Shown: positions 10,170 through 19,790, counted from the first letter of the stretch. The stretch is DNA of 62,322 nucleotides from an uncultured Ruminococcus sp. (GCA_902785485.1 CACZZA010000004.1:1-62322); one strand, 5' to 3'. Made by a program: numbers and translations. Notes: generated by a model from the sequence alone, not told the origin.

Positions 10170-10547
10170 ATGCAGATAAAACGCGGAGATATATTTTACG
10201 CCGACCTCAGTCCGGTAGTAGGGAGCGAACAGGGCGGACTTCGTCCCGTACTTATAATACAGAACGACGTCGGCAACAGATACAGTCCTACGGTCATCGC
10301 CGCCGCCATCACGTCGCGCCTCGGAAAAACGCGGATGCCGACCCATATCGAGGTACGCTCGTCGCGCGACGGACTCGCGAAGGACTCAGTCATCCTGCTC
10401 GAGCAGATACGCACGCTCGACAAAAGACGGCTTCGCGAGAGGATCGGGCGCGCAGACGACGAAACGATGTCGCGCGTGGACGGAGCGCTGTCCGTGTCTT
10501 TCGGCCTTTCCACGCGAGGCGCGGACCGACCGGAAACGGTGGGTTGA
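10170..10547 (+). CDS. mazF: MazF/PemK-family endoribonuclease toxin (EndoA-like)
   Basis: [49 protein letters not shown]...[16 protein letters not shown] is a canonical EndoA/MazF sequence. AAGGGAG RBS lies upstream of the ATG at 10170. Confidence 0.9.
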   Translation: MQIKRGDIFYADLSPVVGSEQGGLRPVLIIQNDVGNRYSPTVIAAAITSRLGKTRMPTHIEVRSSRDGLAKDSVILLEQIRTLDKRRLRERIGRADDETMSRVDGALSVSFGLSTRGADRPETVG

Positions 10548-10739
10548 CGTCCGGTTTTTTACTAAAACGTTTGACAACAGACCGGGGGGAGCGGCGTTAC
10601 GCGGGCTTTCCCCGGTCTGCGCGTCCCTTTTTGCAAAGAAAAAACCGTTCCACGTGTAAAAAGTGCAATTGACTTTCGCCGTCCGTTGGATTATTATATA
10701 ATCAAGAATATAATATTCCGAATAAAGGGGACGTTTATA

Positions 10740-12692
10740 ATGCTTGACGAACTTATAAAAATGTCGCGCAAATACGGGTCAGATCCCGACTACGTGCTTG
10801 CCGGGGGCGGAAACACCTCGTTCAAGGACGGAAGCACGCTCTGGATCAAAGGCTCGGGGACCTCGCTTTCGACAATAACCGAGGACGGTTTTGTCAAAAT
10901 GGACCGCGCCATGCTTAAAGAAATGATGAAAAAGACCTATCCCGCGTCTTCGGCTGAACGCGAGGCGGAGGTCCTTTACGATATGAGCCGGGCAAGGCTC
11001 CGCGGCGAAGAGGGCAAACGTCCGAGCGTCGAGACCCTGCTCCACGATCTGTTCGGGGAGTCTCTCGTTCTCCACGTCCATCCCGCGCTCGTCAACGGAC
11101 TGACCTGCGGCAGAGAAGGAGAAGCGGCGGCGAAAAAGCTCTTCCCGAACGCCGTCTGGGTCCCTGCTTCGGATCCCGGATTTACGCTTGCCTGCCTCTG
11201 CAAAAAGAAGATGGACGAGTATGAAAAGACTCATTCAAAGAGCGCAAACGTACTCTTTCTGCAAAACCACGGCATTTTCTTCGCGGCGGATACTCTCAAA
11301 GAGATGGATCTTCTCGTTTCGTCCGTTATGGATAAGCTGAAAAAGAAGGTCAGCCTGCCCGAACTGCCCGAAGAAAAGATCGACGGTGAAAAAGCGGTCG
11401 CCGTCCTCCCCGTTCTCCGCGCGCTCGCCGGAGAGGGAAAGGAAAAATGCGGCTTCGCCGTCATATCAAGCGACGCGGTATCTCTTTCGTTCGCAAAGGA
11501 TAAGGAGGCGTTCAAGGCGGTCGAACGCCCGTTCACTCCCGACCACATCGTCTACTGCAAGGCGAGATGGCTATATCTCGAAAAGACCGACCGCGAATAC
11601 GCGGTCAAAAAATGGAACGCCTTTACCGAAAAGAACGGATACGCTCCGCGCGTCGTTCTGATAAAGGATGTCGGCGCAGTCGGCTGCGGAGATACTTATA
11701 AGATCGCCTCGACCGCGATCACCGTAGCTAAGGACGCGATGAAGATAGCCCGCGCGTCTCTCTCGTTCGGCGGTCCTCTGCCTATGGCTCCCGCAAAAGA
11801 AAAATTCATCATAAACTGGGAGGTCGAGTCCTACCGCTCGAAGGTGTCGCTCGGCTCGGGGACCGGTCTCCGTCTCGGCGGTAAAGTCGCCGTCATCACC
11901 GGCTCCGCGCAGGGCTTCGGAAAGGGCATCGCGGAGGCTCTGCTTGAAAACGGAGCGTACGTCGTCATCGCCGATATGAACTACGAGGGAGCGAGGGAAG
12001 TCGCCGACGCGTTCTGCGAAAAATACGGCAAAGGGCGCGCCGTCGCCTGCTCGGTCAACGTCGCGGACGAGGAGTCGGTCAAAGCCATGCTCGACCTGAC
12101 CGTTACGACCTACGGCGGACTCGATCTGTTCGTGTCTAACGCGGGTATCGCGAAGGCGGGCGGACTTGAAGAAATGCAGAAAAAGACGTTCGAGCTTGTC
12201 GCCTCGGTCAACTACACGGGATTTTTCCTCGGAGCGAAATACGCGTCGCGGGTAATGAAGATACAGAGAGAAGTCAAGCCCGACTACACCGCGGATATAG
12301 TTCAGGTCAACTCCAAATCCGGACTCGAAGGCTCTAAAAACAACTTCGCGTACGCGGGAAGCAAGTTCGGCGGCATCGGACTCGTTCAGTCGTTCGCGCT
12401 CGAGCTTTGCCCGTACGGGATAAAGGTCAACGCCGTCTGCCCGGGAAATTACCTCGACGGACCGCTGTGGAGCGATCCCGAAAAGGGACTGTTCGTACAG
12501 TATCTCAAGGCGGGCAAGGTCCCCGGAGCGAAAAACGTCGGGGACGTGCGCGCGTACTATATGGCCAAAGTGCCGATGAACCGCGGATGCCTGCCCTCCG
12601 ACGTCGCCCGCGCGATCTGCTACCTTGTCGAACAGCAGTACGAGACCGGACAGGCGCTCCCCGTCACCGGCGGACAGGTCATGCTGTCGTGA
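10740..12692 (+). CDS. bifunctional class II aldolase / short-chain dehydrogenase (RhaEW/YuxG-like)
   Basis: N-terminal aldolase/adducin-like half. C-terminal SDR half (VAVITGSAQGFGKGIA Rossmann motif; YAGSK catalytic Y-x3-K). Size and architecture resemble B. subtilis YuxG. Confidence 0.8.
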   Translation: MLDELIKMSRKYGSDPDYVLAGGGNTSFKDGSTLWIKGSGTSLSTITEDGFVKMDRAMLKEMMKKTYPASSAEREAEVLYDMSRARLRGEEGKRPSVETLLHDLFGESLVLHVHPALVNGLTCGREGEAAAKKLFPNAVWVPASDPGFTLACLCKKKMDEYEKTHSKSANVLFLQNHGIFFAADTLKEMDLLVSSVMDKLKKKVSLPELPEEKIDGEKAVAVLPVLRALAGEGKEKCGFAVISSDAVSLSFAKDKEAFKAVERPFTPDHIVYCKARWLYLEKTDREYAVKKWNAFTEKNGYAPRVVLIKDVGAVGCGDTYKIASTAITVAKDAMKIARASLSFGGPLPMAPAKEKFIINWEVESYRSKVSLGSGTGLRLGGKVAVITGSAQGFGKGIAEALLENGAYVVIADMNYEGAREVADAFCEKYGKGRAVACSVNVADEESVKAMLDLTVTTYGGLDLFVSNAGIAKAGGLEEMQKKTFELVASVNYTGFFLGAKYASRVMKIQREVKPDYTADIVQVNSKSGLEGSKNNFAYAGSKFGGIGLVQSFALELCPYGIKVNAVCPGNYLDGPLWSDPEKGLFVQYLKAGKVPGAKNVGDVRAYYMAKVPMNRGCLPSDVARAICYLVEQQYETGQALPVTGGQVMLS

Positions 12693-12700
12693 GGTGACTT

Positions 12701-13984
12701 ATGAACGAAAAAGAACTCATCGAAAGGCTCAACGCCGATACGAAAGAAGAACGCCTCTCCGCGCTCCGCGGTCTGATGGCGCTCCATAAGTCGGGAGTCC
12801 TCCCGGCGCCCGAAAAAACGGGTTTCGTCAACAACCACATACATACGACCTACTCTTTTTCGCCGTATTCGCCGACCAAAGCGCTCTATACCGCGTGGAA
12901 AAGCGGACTCCGCACCGCGGGGATCATGGATCACGACTCGTCGTCCGGCGCCCGTGAATTCATCGAGGCCGGAGAAATAATAGGAATGCCGGTCACCTGC
13001 GGAGTCGAGCTTCGCGTCAGGGGTTTTGACGCGCCGCTTGACGGATACCGCATCAACAATCCCGATCAGAACGGCGTCGCGTACGTCGCTCTGCACGGCA
13101 TCCCTCACCAAAATATCGAAAAGGTCGGGGAATGGATGGCGCCTTACCGCCGCGCGAGAGACGAAAGGAACGAAAAAATGTGCGGACGTCTTTCGGAGAT
13201 TTTCGCCCCGTACGGCGTGACGCTCGACTATAAAGCCGACGTTCTCCCCGAGTCGAACCGCAAAGAGGGCGGCAGCGTCACCGAGAGGCATATCCTGTTC
13301 GCGCTCGCGAAAAAACTGATAGCGAAATATCCGTCGCCGGCGGACCTTCTCGAGCTGTTGAAACAAAAGCTCGGCATCGCGGTCTCGCAAAAGGCGGAAG
13401 GACTCATCCTCGCCGGAGAGAGCGACCCTTATCTCTATCCGTACGACCTGCTCGGAGTCCTCAAATCCTCGCTTGTCGAGAAGTTCTATATCAACGCGAC
13501 GGACGAATGTCCGGACGTACGCGAATATATCGCCAAAGCGAAAGAGTTCGGCGCGATCTCGGCTTACGCATACCTCGGAGACGTCGGAGACTCGGTCACC
13601 GGCGACAAAAAGGCGCAGAAGTTCGAGGACTCGTATCTGCCTCTCCTGTTCGACACACTGAAAAAGCTCGGCTTCAACGCCGTGACCTATATGCCGTCGC
13701 GCAACACCCGCGCCCAGCTCGACAGAGTTATGGAGATGTGCCGCTCGAACGCTCTGTTCGAGATCTCCGGAGAGGATATCAACTCTCCGCGCCAGTCGTT
13801 CGTCTGCAAGGCGATGGCGGACCCCGCGTTCGCGCATCTCACCGACTCGACCTACGCTCTGATCGGACACGAGATCGCGGCGACGAAGGACGGAAACGAC
13901 GGTATGTTCACCGAAAAAACGTGCAAAGAATATCCCGACCTCGCGTCGAGGATAAGCCGTTTTGCAAAGATCGCCGGAAAGTAA
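12701..13984 (+). CDS. PHP (polymerase/histidinol-phosphatase) domain metal-dependent phosphoesterase
   Basis: NNHIHTTYSFSP...GIMDHDS PHP signature. Starts 9 nt after the upstream stop. Confidence 0.7.
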   Translation: MNEKELIERLNADTKEERLSALRGLMALHKSGVLPAPEKTGFVNNHIHTTYSFSPYSPTKALYTAWKSGLRTAGIMDHDSSSGAREFIEAGEIIGMPVTCGVELRVRGFDAPLDGYRINNPDQNGVAYVALHGIPHQNIEKVGEWMAPYRRARDERNEKMCGRLSEIFAPYGVTLDYKADVLPESNRKEGGSVTERHILFALAKKLIAKYPSPADLLELLKQKLGIAVSQKAEGLILAGESDPYLYPYDLLGVLKSSLVEKFYINATDECPDVREYIAKAKEFGAISAYAYLGDVGDSVTGDKKAQKFEDSYLPLLFDTLKKLGFNAVTYMPSRNTRAQLDRVMEMCRSNALFEISGEDINSPRQSFVCKAMADPAFAHLTDSTYALIGHEIAATKDGNDGMFTEKTCKEYPDLASRISRFAKIAGK

Positions 13985-14060
13985 CGGGCGCTAAAACGCT
14001 ATTTTTGCAATCAAATCAATGCAAAAATGCTCGATTTTTCCGGGTGAAAAAAGACCGAAT

Positions 14061-14104
14061 ACGCCCGGAAGATCAGTTAGTCAAGCTGATGTCCGGGCGT
14101 TTTT
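14061..14104 (+). terminator. intrinsic terminator after the PHP gene
   Basis: ACGCCCGGA...TCCGGGCGT stem followed by TTTT. Confidence 0.6.
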
Positions 14105-14133
14105 CACACGCTTTTCAAGCGTCGGCTGACCTA

Positions 14134-14162
14134 TTGCTTTTATGCAGAAACGGTGCTATAAT
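14134..14162 (+). promoter_or_regulatory. sigma-70-type promoter for the larA-like/pfk/HAD/gnd unit
   Basis: TTGCTT, 17 nt spacer, TATAAT. Confidence 0.5.
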
Positions 14163-14211
14163 TTATTAAAATAAAAAATAAACTCTATATTTCCCGATCT
14201 GGAGAAAAAAT

Positions 14212-15468
14212 ATGATAAAATACAGCGAAAACGGACTTTCCGACGCCGAACTGCGCGGCTCGCTCATCGAGGCGGTCAAAGGCAAAAAACCGAAAAAAGT
14301 CCTGCTCCTTCCCCCGGACGCGACGCGGCTTTACTCGGGCGCAGGGAAGATCTGCAACATCTACTATCACTACTTCAGCGAATTCTGCCAAGTCGACGTT
14401 ATGCCCGCGCTCGGCACCCACGAAAAAATGAGCGAGGCGGAATGCCGGATGTTTTTCGGAGACGTTCCGTACGACAGGATCATAGCGCACGACTGGCGGC
14501 GTGACGTCGTCAAGCTCGGCGAAGTCCCCGCAAAATACGTTTCCGAGGTTTCCGAAGGACTCGTGAACGACAAGATCGACGTCGAGGTAAATAAACGCCT
14601 TGTTTCGGGCGAATACGATCTCATTATCTCGATGGGGCAGGTCGTCCCTCACGAGGTCGTCGGGATGGCGAACTACTCGAAAAACATTTTCGTCGGATGC
14701 GGCGGCTCGTCGATGATAAATTCGTCACACATGCTCGGCGCGTTCTACGGGATGGAACGCATCATGGGGCGCGATTTTTCGCCCGTACGCAAGGTGTTCG
14801 ACTACGCCGAGACGCACTTTATACAGAATATCCCCCTTCTCTACGTTCTGACTGTCACGACCAACACCGGGGACAAAACGAATATCCACGGTCTGTTCAT
14901 AGGACGCGAACGCTCGAATTTCGAGGCGGCGGTCAAGCTCAGCCAGGAAAAGAACCTTATCTATCTCGACAGGCCTCTGCGTAAAACGGTCGTCTACCTC
15001 GATCCGCGCGAGTTCAAGTCGACGTGGCTCGGAAACAAGGCGGTCTACCGTACCCGTATGGCGATAGCCGACGGAGGCGAGCTTATCATCATCGCTCCCG
15101 AGGTCTCGAAATTCGGCGAAGATCCCGAGAACGACAGACTCATACGCAAATACGGCTACGTCGGGCGTGAAAGAGTGCTTGAACTCGTAAAAGAAAACGA
15201 CGACCTGAAAGCAAATCTCTCGGTCGCGGCGCACCTCATCCACGGCTCGTCGGACGGACGTTTTTCGATCACCTACGCGGCGGGCAAGCTGACAAAGGAA
15301 GAGGTCGAGGGCGCGGCGTTCAAATATATGCCGGTCGAAGAGGCACTCGCAAAATACGATATAAAGACGCTGAAGGACGGTTACAATACCGTCGGAGGCG
15401 AGGAAATATTCTACATCTCCAACCCGGCGCTCGGACTCTGGGCGACGAAGGACAAGATAACGAAATAA
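14212..15468 (+). CDS. LarA-like (DUF2088) nickel-pincer-type hydroxyacid racemase/epimerase family protein
   Basis: 418 aa. GQVVPHEVVGMANYSK resembles the LarA PHxxxGxxGGxK segment with the cofactor-tethering Lys. Assigned from memory of the family only. Confidence 0.55.
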   Translation: MIKYSENGLSDAELRGSLIEAVKGKKPKKVLLLPPDATRLYSGAGKICNIYYHYFSEFCQVDVMPALGTHEKMSEAECRMFFGDVPYDRIIAHDWRRDVVKLGEVPAKYVSEVSEGLVNDKIDVEVNKRLVSGEYDLIISMGQVVPHEVVGMANYSKNIFVGCGGSSMINSSHMLGAFYGMERIMGRDFSPVRKVFDYAETHFIQNIPLLYVLTVTTNTGDKTNIHGLFIGRERSNFEAAVKLSQEKNLIYLDRPLRKTVVYLDPREFKSTWLGNKAVYRTRMAIADGGELIIIAPEVSKFGEDPENDRLIRKYGYVGRERVLELVKENDDLKANLSVAAHLIHGSSDGRFSITYAAGKLTKEEVEGAAFKYMPVEEALAKYDIKTLKDGYNTVGGEEIFYISNPALGLWATKDKITK

Positions 15469-15501
15469 AACCACTTTCATTATAAAGAGGAGTGTACTTA
15501 T

Positions 15502-16794
15502 ATGTCGCAGAAAAGAAACGTAGTCGTCTGCCAGTCCGGCGGACCTACTCCCGTCATCAACAACTCGCTGCGCGGAGTCATCGAAGCGTGCCGCGACTAT
15601 CCCGACGTGTTCGGGACAGTCTACGCGGGCTTTCACGGAGTCGAGGGGATCCTGAACGAAGAACTGCTCGACCTTTCGTCGCAGGCACCTGAGGAGATCG
15701 CGCTGCTGCGCACGACTCCGTCCGCAGGCTCGATCGGCTCGTGCAGATATAAGCTCAAGGCGAACAACCCCGAAGACACCGAACGCGTTATCGAAGTCCT
15801 CAAAGCGCACGACGTAGGCTATCTGTTCTATATCGGCGGAAACGACTCGATGGATACCGCGAACAAGCTCAGCATCGTCGCGCGGGAACGCGGACTCGAG
15901 CTTGTTTCTGTCGGCGTTCCGAAGACCATCGACAACGACGTCGGCGATTCCGAATTCAAACTCATCGACCATACGCCCGGCTACGGCAGCGTCGCAAAAT
16001 ACTGGGCGACGGCCGTGCAGAACGCGAACGAGGAGAACGCGGGAAGCTGCCCGTCCGACCCGGTGCTCGTGCTTCAGGCTATGGGAAGAAAGATAGGCTA
16101 CATCCCCGCGGCGGCAAGGCTTGCCGATCCGAAGCGCGAGATGCCGCTCCGTATCTATATGGCGGAGTCGGGCTTTACTCTCGACGCGCTCGCCGAGGAC
16201 GTCAACAGCCTGCTCAAGACCGCGGGACGCGCGATCGTCGTCGTCAGCGAAGGTCTTGACGTCGGCTCGATAGGCGAGACCAAAGACAACTTCGGTCACA
16301 CTCAGTTCGGCGCAAGTCAGACGACCGTCGAGCAGACCGTCGTAAATTACTTGAATTCCAAAGGACTCGCGGCAAGAGGCTCTGCGAGAGGCAACGTCTC
16401 CGGTACGGATCAGCGCTCCTGCATCAATCTCGCCTCGGCGACCGACCTTGACGAGGCTTACGCCCTCGGGCGCAAGGCGGTCGAGATCGCGGTCAAGGAC
16501 GGCAACGGCTATATGTCGACGATCTTACGCAACGAAGGCGACACGTATTCGGTGCGTTACGACAAGGTCCCGCTCGGACGCGTCGCGAACAGCGAACGCA
16601 CGTTCCCTTCGGAATGGCTGACCAAAGACAGGAACGACGTCACGGACGATTTTCTGCGCTACGCGCGTCCTCTCATCGGCAACGACTGGGTATCCGTACC
16701 GCTTGAAGACGGTATCATGCGTTTCTGCCGTTTCAAACCTCTGTTCGCCGAAAAGAAGCTCGCGAAATACGTTCCGCAGGGTTACAGAAAATAA
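15502..16794 (+). CDS. phosphofructokinase-family protein (PPi-type-like, atypical GGNDS motif)
   Basis: CQSGGPTPVINN, IGGNDS (15835-15849), PKTIDND and MGR motifs of PFK family A. 430 aa. Confidence 0.8.
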   Translation: MSQKRNVVVCQSGGPTPVINNSLRGVIEACRDYPDVFGTVYAGFHGVEGILNEELLDLSSQAPEEIALLRTTPSAGSIGSCRYKLKANNPEDTERVIEVLKAHDVGYLFYIGGNDSMDTANKLSIVARERGLELVSVGVPKTIDNDVGDSEFKLIDHTPGYGSVAKYWATAVQNANEENAGSCPSDPVLVLQAMGRKIGYIPAAARLADPKREMPLRIYMAESGFTLDALAEDVNSLLKTAGRAIVVVSEGLDVGSIGETKDNFGHTQFGASQTTVEQTVVNYLNSKGLAARGSARGNVSGTDQRSCINLASATDLDEAYALGRKAVEIAVKDGNGYMSTILRNEGDTYSVRYDKVPLGRVANSERTFPSEWLTKDRNDVTDDFLRYARPLIGNDWVSVPLEDGIMRFCRFKPLFAEKKLAKYVPQGYRK

Positions 16795-16818
16795 AGGTCA
16801 CGAAAGGAAGAGATAACT

Positions 16819-17715
16819 ATGGCAAATCCCGCTCAGGCTCTGCTTGATATGAAAAAAGAAAAGGATTTCCTCATCTGCATCGACTCGGACGGATGCGCGT
16901 TCGACACGATGGAGATCAAGCACAAGGAGTGCTTCATACCCAACATCATCCGCTGGTGGGACCTTCAGGCGGTCTCGAAATACGCCCGCGAGGCGGCGGA
17001 GTACGTCAATCTGTATTCCAAGCACCGCGGAATCAACCGTTTTCCCGCGCTGCTCGAGGTCTTCGACCTGCTCGCCGACAGACCGGAAGCCGTACGCCGC
17101 GGCTACAAGGCTCCCGAAGTCCCGACCTTACGCAAATGGGTGGAGACCGAGACCAAGCTCTCGAACAACACTCTCAAACAGTACGTCAAGGATCATCCCG
17201 AGGATGAGGTGATGGCTCACACGCTCGTCTGGTCGGAGGCGGTCAACAACACTGTTACCGACATAGTCAAGCACGTCCCGCCGTTCCCGTTCACCGTGGA
17301 TTCTCTCAAAGCGATGCAGGACAAAGCGGACGTCATCGTCGTTTCGGCGACTCCCTGCGAAGCGCTCGAGCGCGAATGGGCGGAGCATGACATCGCGAAA
17401 TACGTCAAGGTCATCGCCGGACAGGAGATGGGATCGAAAAAAGAAGTCATCGCCCAGGCTAAGACGAAGGGCTACGACGACGACAGGATCCTGATGATCG
17501 GCGACGCCCCCGGCGACCACAAGGCGGCGAAAGCCAACGGCGCTCTGTTCTACCCGATCAACCCGGGCAAGGAAGAGGACAGCTGGGAAGCGCTCTCAAA
17601 AACTTATCTCGAGGTCTTCTTCGGCGGACGCTACAAGGGCGAATGCGAAGAAAAGCTCCTCAAAGAATTCGACACCTACCTCCCCTCCACCCCCTGGTGG
17701 AAAAACGCAAAATAA
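16819..17715 (+). CDS. HAD-superfamily hydrolase
   Basis: ICIDSDGCAFDT (DxD motif I) and MIGDAPGDHKAA (motif IV). Confidence 0.75.
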   Translation: MANPAQALLDMKKEKDFLICIDSDGCAFDTMEIKHKECFIPNIIRWWDLQAVSKYAREAAEYVNLYSKHRGINRFPALLEVFDLLADRPEAVRRGYKAPEVPTLRKWVETETKLSNNTLKQYVKDHPEDEVMAHTLVWSEAVNNTVTDIVKHVPPFPFTVDSLKAMQDKADVIVVSATPCEALEREWAEHDIAKYVKVIAGQEMGSKKEVIAQAKTKGYDDDRILMIGDAPGDHKAAKANGALFYPINPGKEEDSWEALSKTYLEVFFGGRYKGECEEKLLKEFDTYLPSTPWWKNAK

Positions 17716-17741
17716 TCAGCAGTGAAAGGATGCGCAACGAT

Positions 17742-19193
17742 ATGAAAAAAGCTGACATAGGTCTTATCGGACTCGCCGTTATGGGCGAAAACTTAGTAAT
17801 GAATATGGTCAACCACGGCTTCACCGTCGCGGTGTTCAACCGCACCTCGGAGAAGGTCACCCGTTTCGTCGAGGGACGCGCCAAGGACAAAGCGGTCATC
17901 GGCACGTACTCGCTCGAAGAGCTTGTGGCGAACCTCGAAAGACCCCGCAAGGTGATGCTGATGGTCAAAGCCGGACAGCCGGTCGACGACTACATCGAAA
18001 AGATCATCCCCCTGCTTGAAGAGGGCGACATCATCATCGACGGCGGCAACTCGCACTTCGGCGACACCGCCCGCAGATGCGCGAACGTCGAGAGCCACGG
18101 ACTGCTCTACGTCGGCACCGGAGTTTCCGGCGGCGAAGAGGGCGCTCTCAACGGTCCGAGCATGATGCCCGGCGGCTCGCCCGCCGCGTGGCAGTACGTC
18201 AAGCCTATCTTCCAGGCGATCTGCGCCAAGGTGGAGAACGGAGCCGCCTGCTGTGAATGGATCGGCGAAGGCGGAGCCGGACATTTTGTCAAGATGGTAC
18301 ACAACGGCATCGAATACGGCGATATGCAGCTCATCTGCGAAGCCTACCAGATAATGCGCGACGTCCTCGGTATGAGCGACGACGAGATGCACGAGGTCTT
18401 CACCGAGTGGAACAAGGGCGAGCTTGACAGCTATCTTATCGAGATCACCCGCGACATACTCGGATACAAAGACACGGACGGTTCTCCGATAGTCGAAAAA
18501 ATACTCGACACCGCGGGACAGAAGGGCACCGGCAAATGGACCGGCATCGCCGCGCTCGACGAGGGCATCCCGCTCACTCTTATCGGCGAAGCGGTGTTCG
18601 CGCGCTGCCTGTCCGCGATGAAAGAGGAAAGAGTCAAGGCGTCGAAGCTCCTCACCGGACCGAAGGCGCAGTTCACCGGCGACAAAAAGGCGTTCGTCGA
18701 CGACCTCGGCAAGGCGCTCCTCTGCGCTAAGATCGTTTCCTACGCGCAGGGTTATACCCTTATGCGCGCGGCTTCCGAAAAATACGGCTGGAACCTCCAC
18801 TTCGGCAACATCGCCCTTACGTGGAGAGGCGGATGCATCATCAGAAGCGTATTTCTCGGCAAGATCAAAGAGGCGTTCGACGCGGAGCCCGGACTCGTCA
18901 ACCTCATGCTCGCTCCTTACTTCAAGGAGAGGATCGAAAACAACCAGGCGGCGTGGAGACGCGTCTGCGCCGCGGCGCTCGCTAACGGCATCCCCGCTCC
19001 TTCGATGACCTCGGCTCTGTCGTACTACGACGGATACAGATGCGAAAGACTCCCCGCAAACCTGCTCCAGGCTCAGCGCGACTACTTCGGCGCTCACACC
19101 TACGAGAGGATCGACCGTCCGCGCGGCGAGTTCTTCCACACCAACTGGACCGGACACGGCGGAGACACCGCGGCGTCTGTTTATAAAGCGTAA
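17742..19193 (+). CDS. gnd: 6-phosphogluconate dehydrogenase, decarboxylating
   Basis: MKKADIGLIGLAVMGENLVMNM..., GGNSHF, GTGVSGGEEGA, HFVKMVHNGIEYGDMQLI and a conserved C-terminus. The start was chosen at the ATG 11 nt after GAAAGGA. Confidence 0.95.
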   Translation: MKKADIGLIGLAVMGENLVMNMVNHGFTVAVFNRTSEKVTRFVEGRAKDKAVIGTYSLEELVANLERPRKVMLMVKAGQPVDDYIEKIIPLLEEGDIIIDGGNSHFGDTARRCANVESHGLLYVGTGVSGGEEGALNGPSMMPGGSPAAWQYVKPIFQAICAKVENGAACCEWIGEGGAGHFVKMVHNGIEYGDMQLICEAYQIMRDVLGMSDDEMHEVFTEWNKGELDSYLIEITRDILGYKDTDGSPIVEKILDTAGQKGTGKWTGIAALDEGIPLTLIGEAVFARCLSAMKEERVKASKLLTGPKAQFTGDKKAFVDDLGKALLCAKIVSYAQGYTLMRAASEKYGWNLHFGNIALTWRGGCIIRSVFLGKIKEAFDAEPGLVNLMLAPYFKERIENNQAAWRRVCAAALANGIPAPSMTSALSYYDGYRCERLPANLLQAQRDYFGAHTYERIDRPRGEFFHTNWTGHGGDTAASVYKA

Positions 19194-19213
19194 TTTCCAA
19201 GTAGGGTTATAAT

Positions 19214-19258
19214 AACACCGGGGAGAGACCGCGTACGGCTTCTCCCCGGTGTTGTTTG
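19214..19258 (+). terminator. intrinsic terminator after gnd
   Basis: AACACCGGGGAGA...TCTCCCCGGTGTT stem followed by GTTTG. Confidence 0.7.
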
Positions 19259-19318
19259 CCGAAAAAACGGGAAGGGCTTTTCGGTCCTTCCCGTATAGTT
19301 TTGTGTTTAGTTTTGCGC

Positions 19319-19626
19319 TTAGGCAGGCGGCGCGAATTTGAACACGGTTTTGGCGGGCATAGACCCGCCCATCCGTCAGAAAACATCTCGGAAATACACA
19401 AAGTATTCCCTTCACTGTTTTCTTCGGCTGAACAGCTCTCTGCTCCGTCAAAACTCTTCGACCCGAAAGCGATGGATTCAAAACTCTTCGACCCGAAAGC
19501 GATGGATTCTCGAGTCGTTTTTGGTGCGGAGGACGCCGCCTTACAAGCGTTTGGCAAGGACGACAAGCCGAAAACAGCCGAAAAGACGCGCTTTCAGGCG
19601 TGTTCAAATTCGCGCCGCCTGCCTAA
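19319..19626. repeat. R1-family structured repeat, divergent copy C, bounded by a perfect 28-bp inverted repeat
   Basis: TTAGGCAGGCGGCGCGAATTTGAACACG (19319-19346) is the exact reverse complement of 19599-19626. The interior carries the R1 hairpin AATAC-ACAAA-GTATT (19393-19407) inside helix AGAAAACA/TGTTTTCT. It also has a perfect 30-bp tandem duplication (19449-19478 and 19479-19508). Confidence 0.8.
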
Positions 19627-19643
19627 AAGGTCCCTCTTGCGTT

Positions 19644-19724
19644 CTCCGCGTCAAATTCTTATTTGCCTTCCTTTGTAAGTTTTTGAAAGAGCGCGAGAGG
19701 ACTTTTCTCAAAAAGTCCTCTCGC
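19644..19724 (+). repeat. R2-family repeat (AAATTCTTRTTT...TTTGTAAG...GCGAG-hairpin)
   Basis: Aligns with 47106-47189 (same orientation) and 46751-46837 (reverse complement). Hairpin GCGAGAGGAC/GTCCTCTCGC at 19693-19724. Confidence 0.7.
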
Positions 19725-19790
19725 ATTATTACTCGCATTATTACATTTTACGCCGCGCCGAAATACAGCCCCTTGCGTTTTTATATCGGA

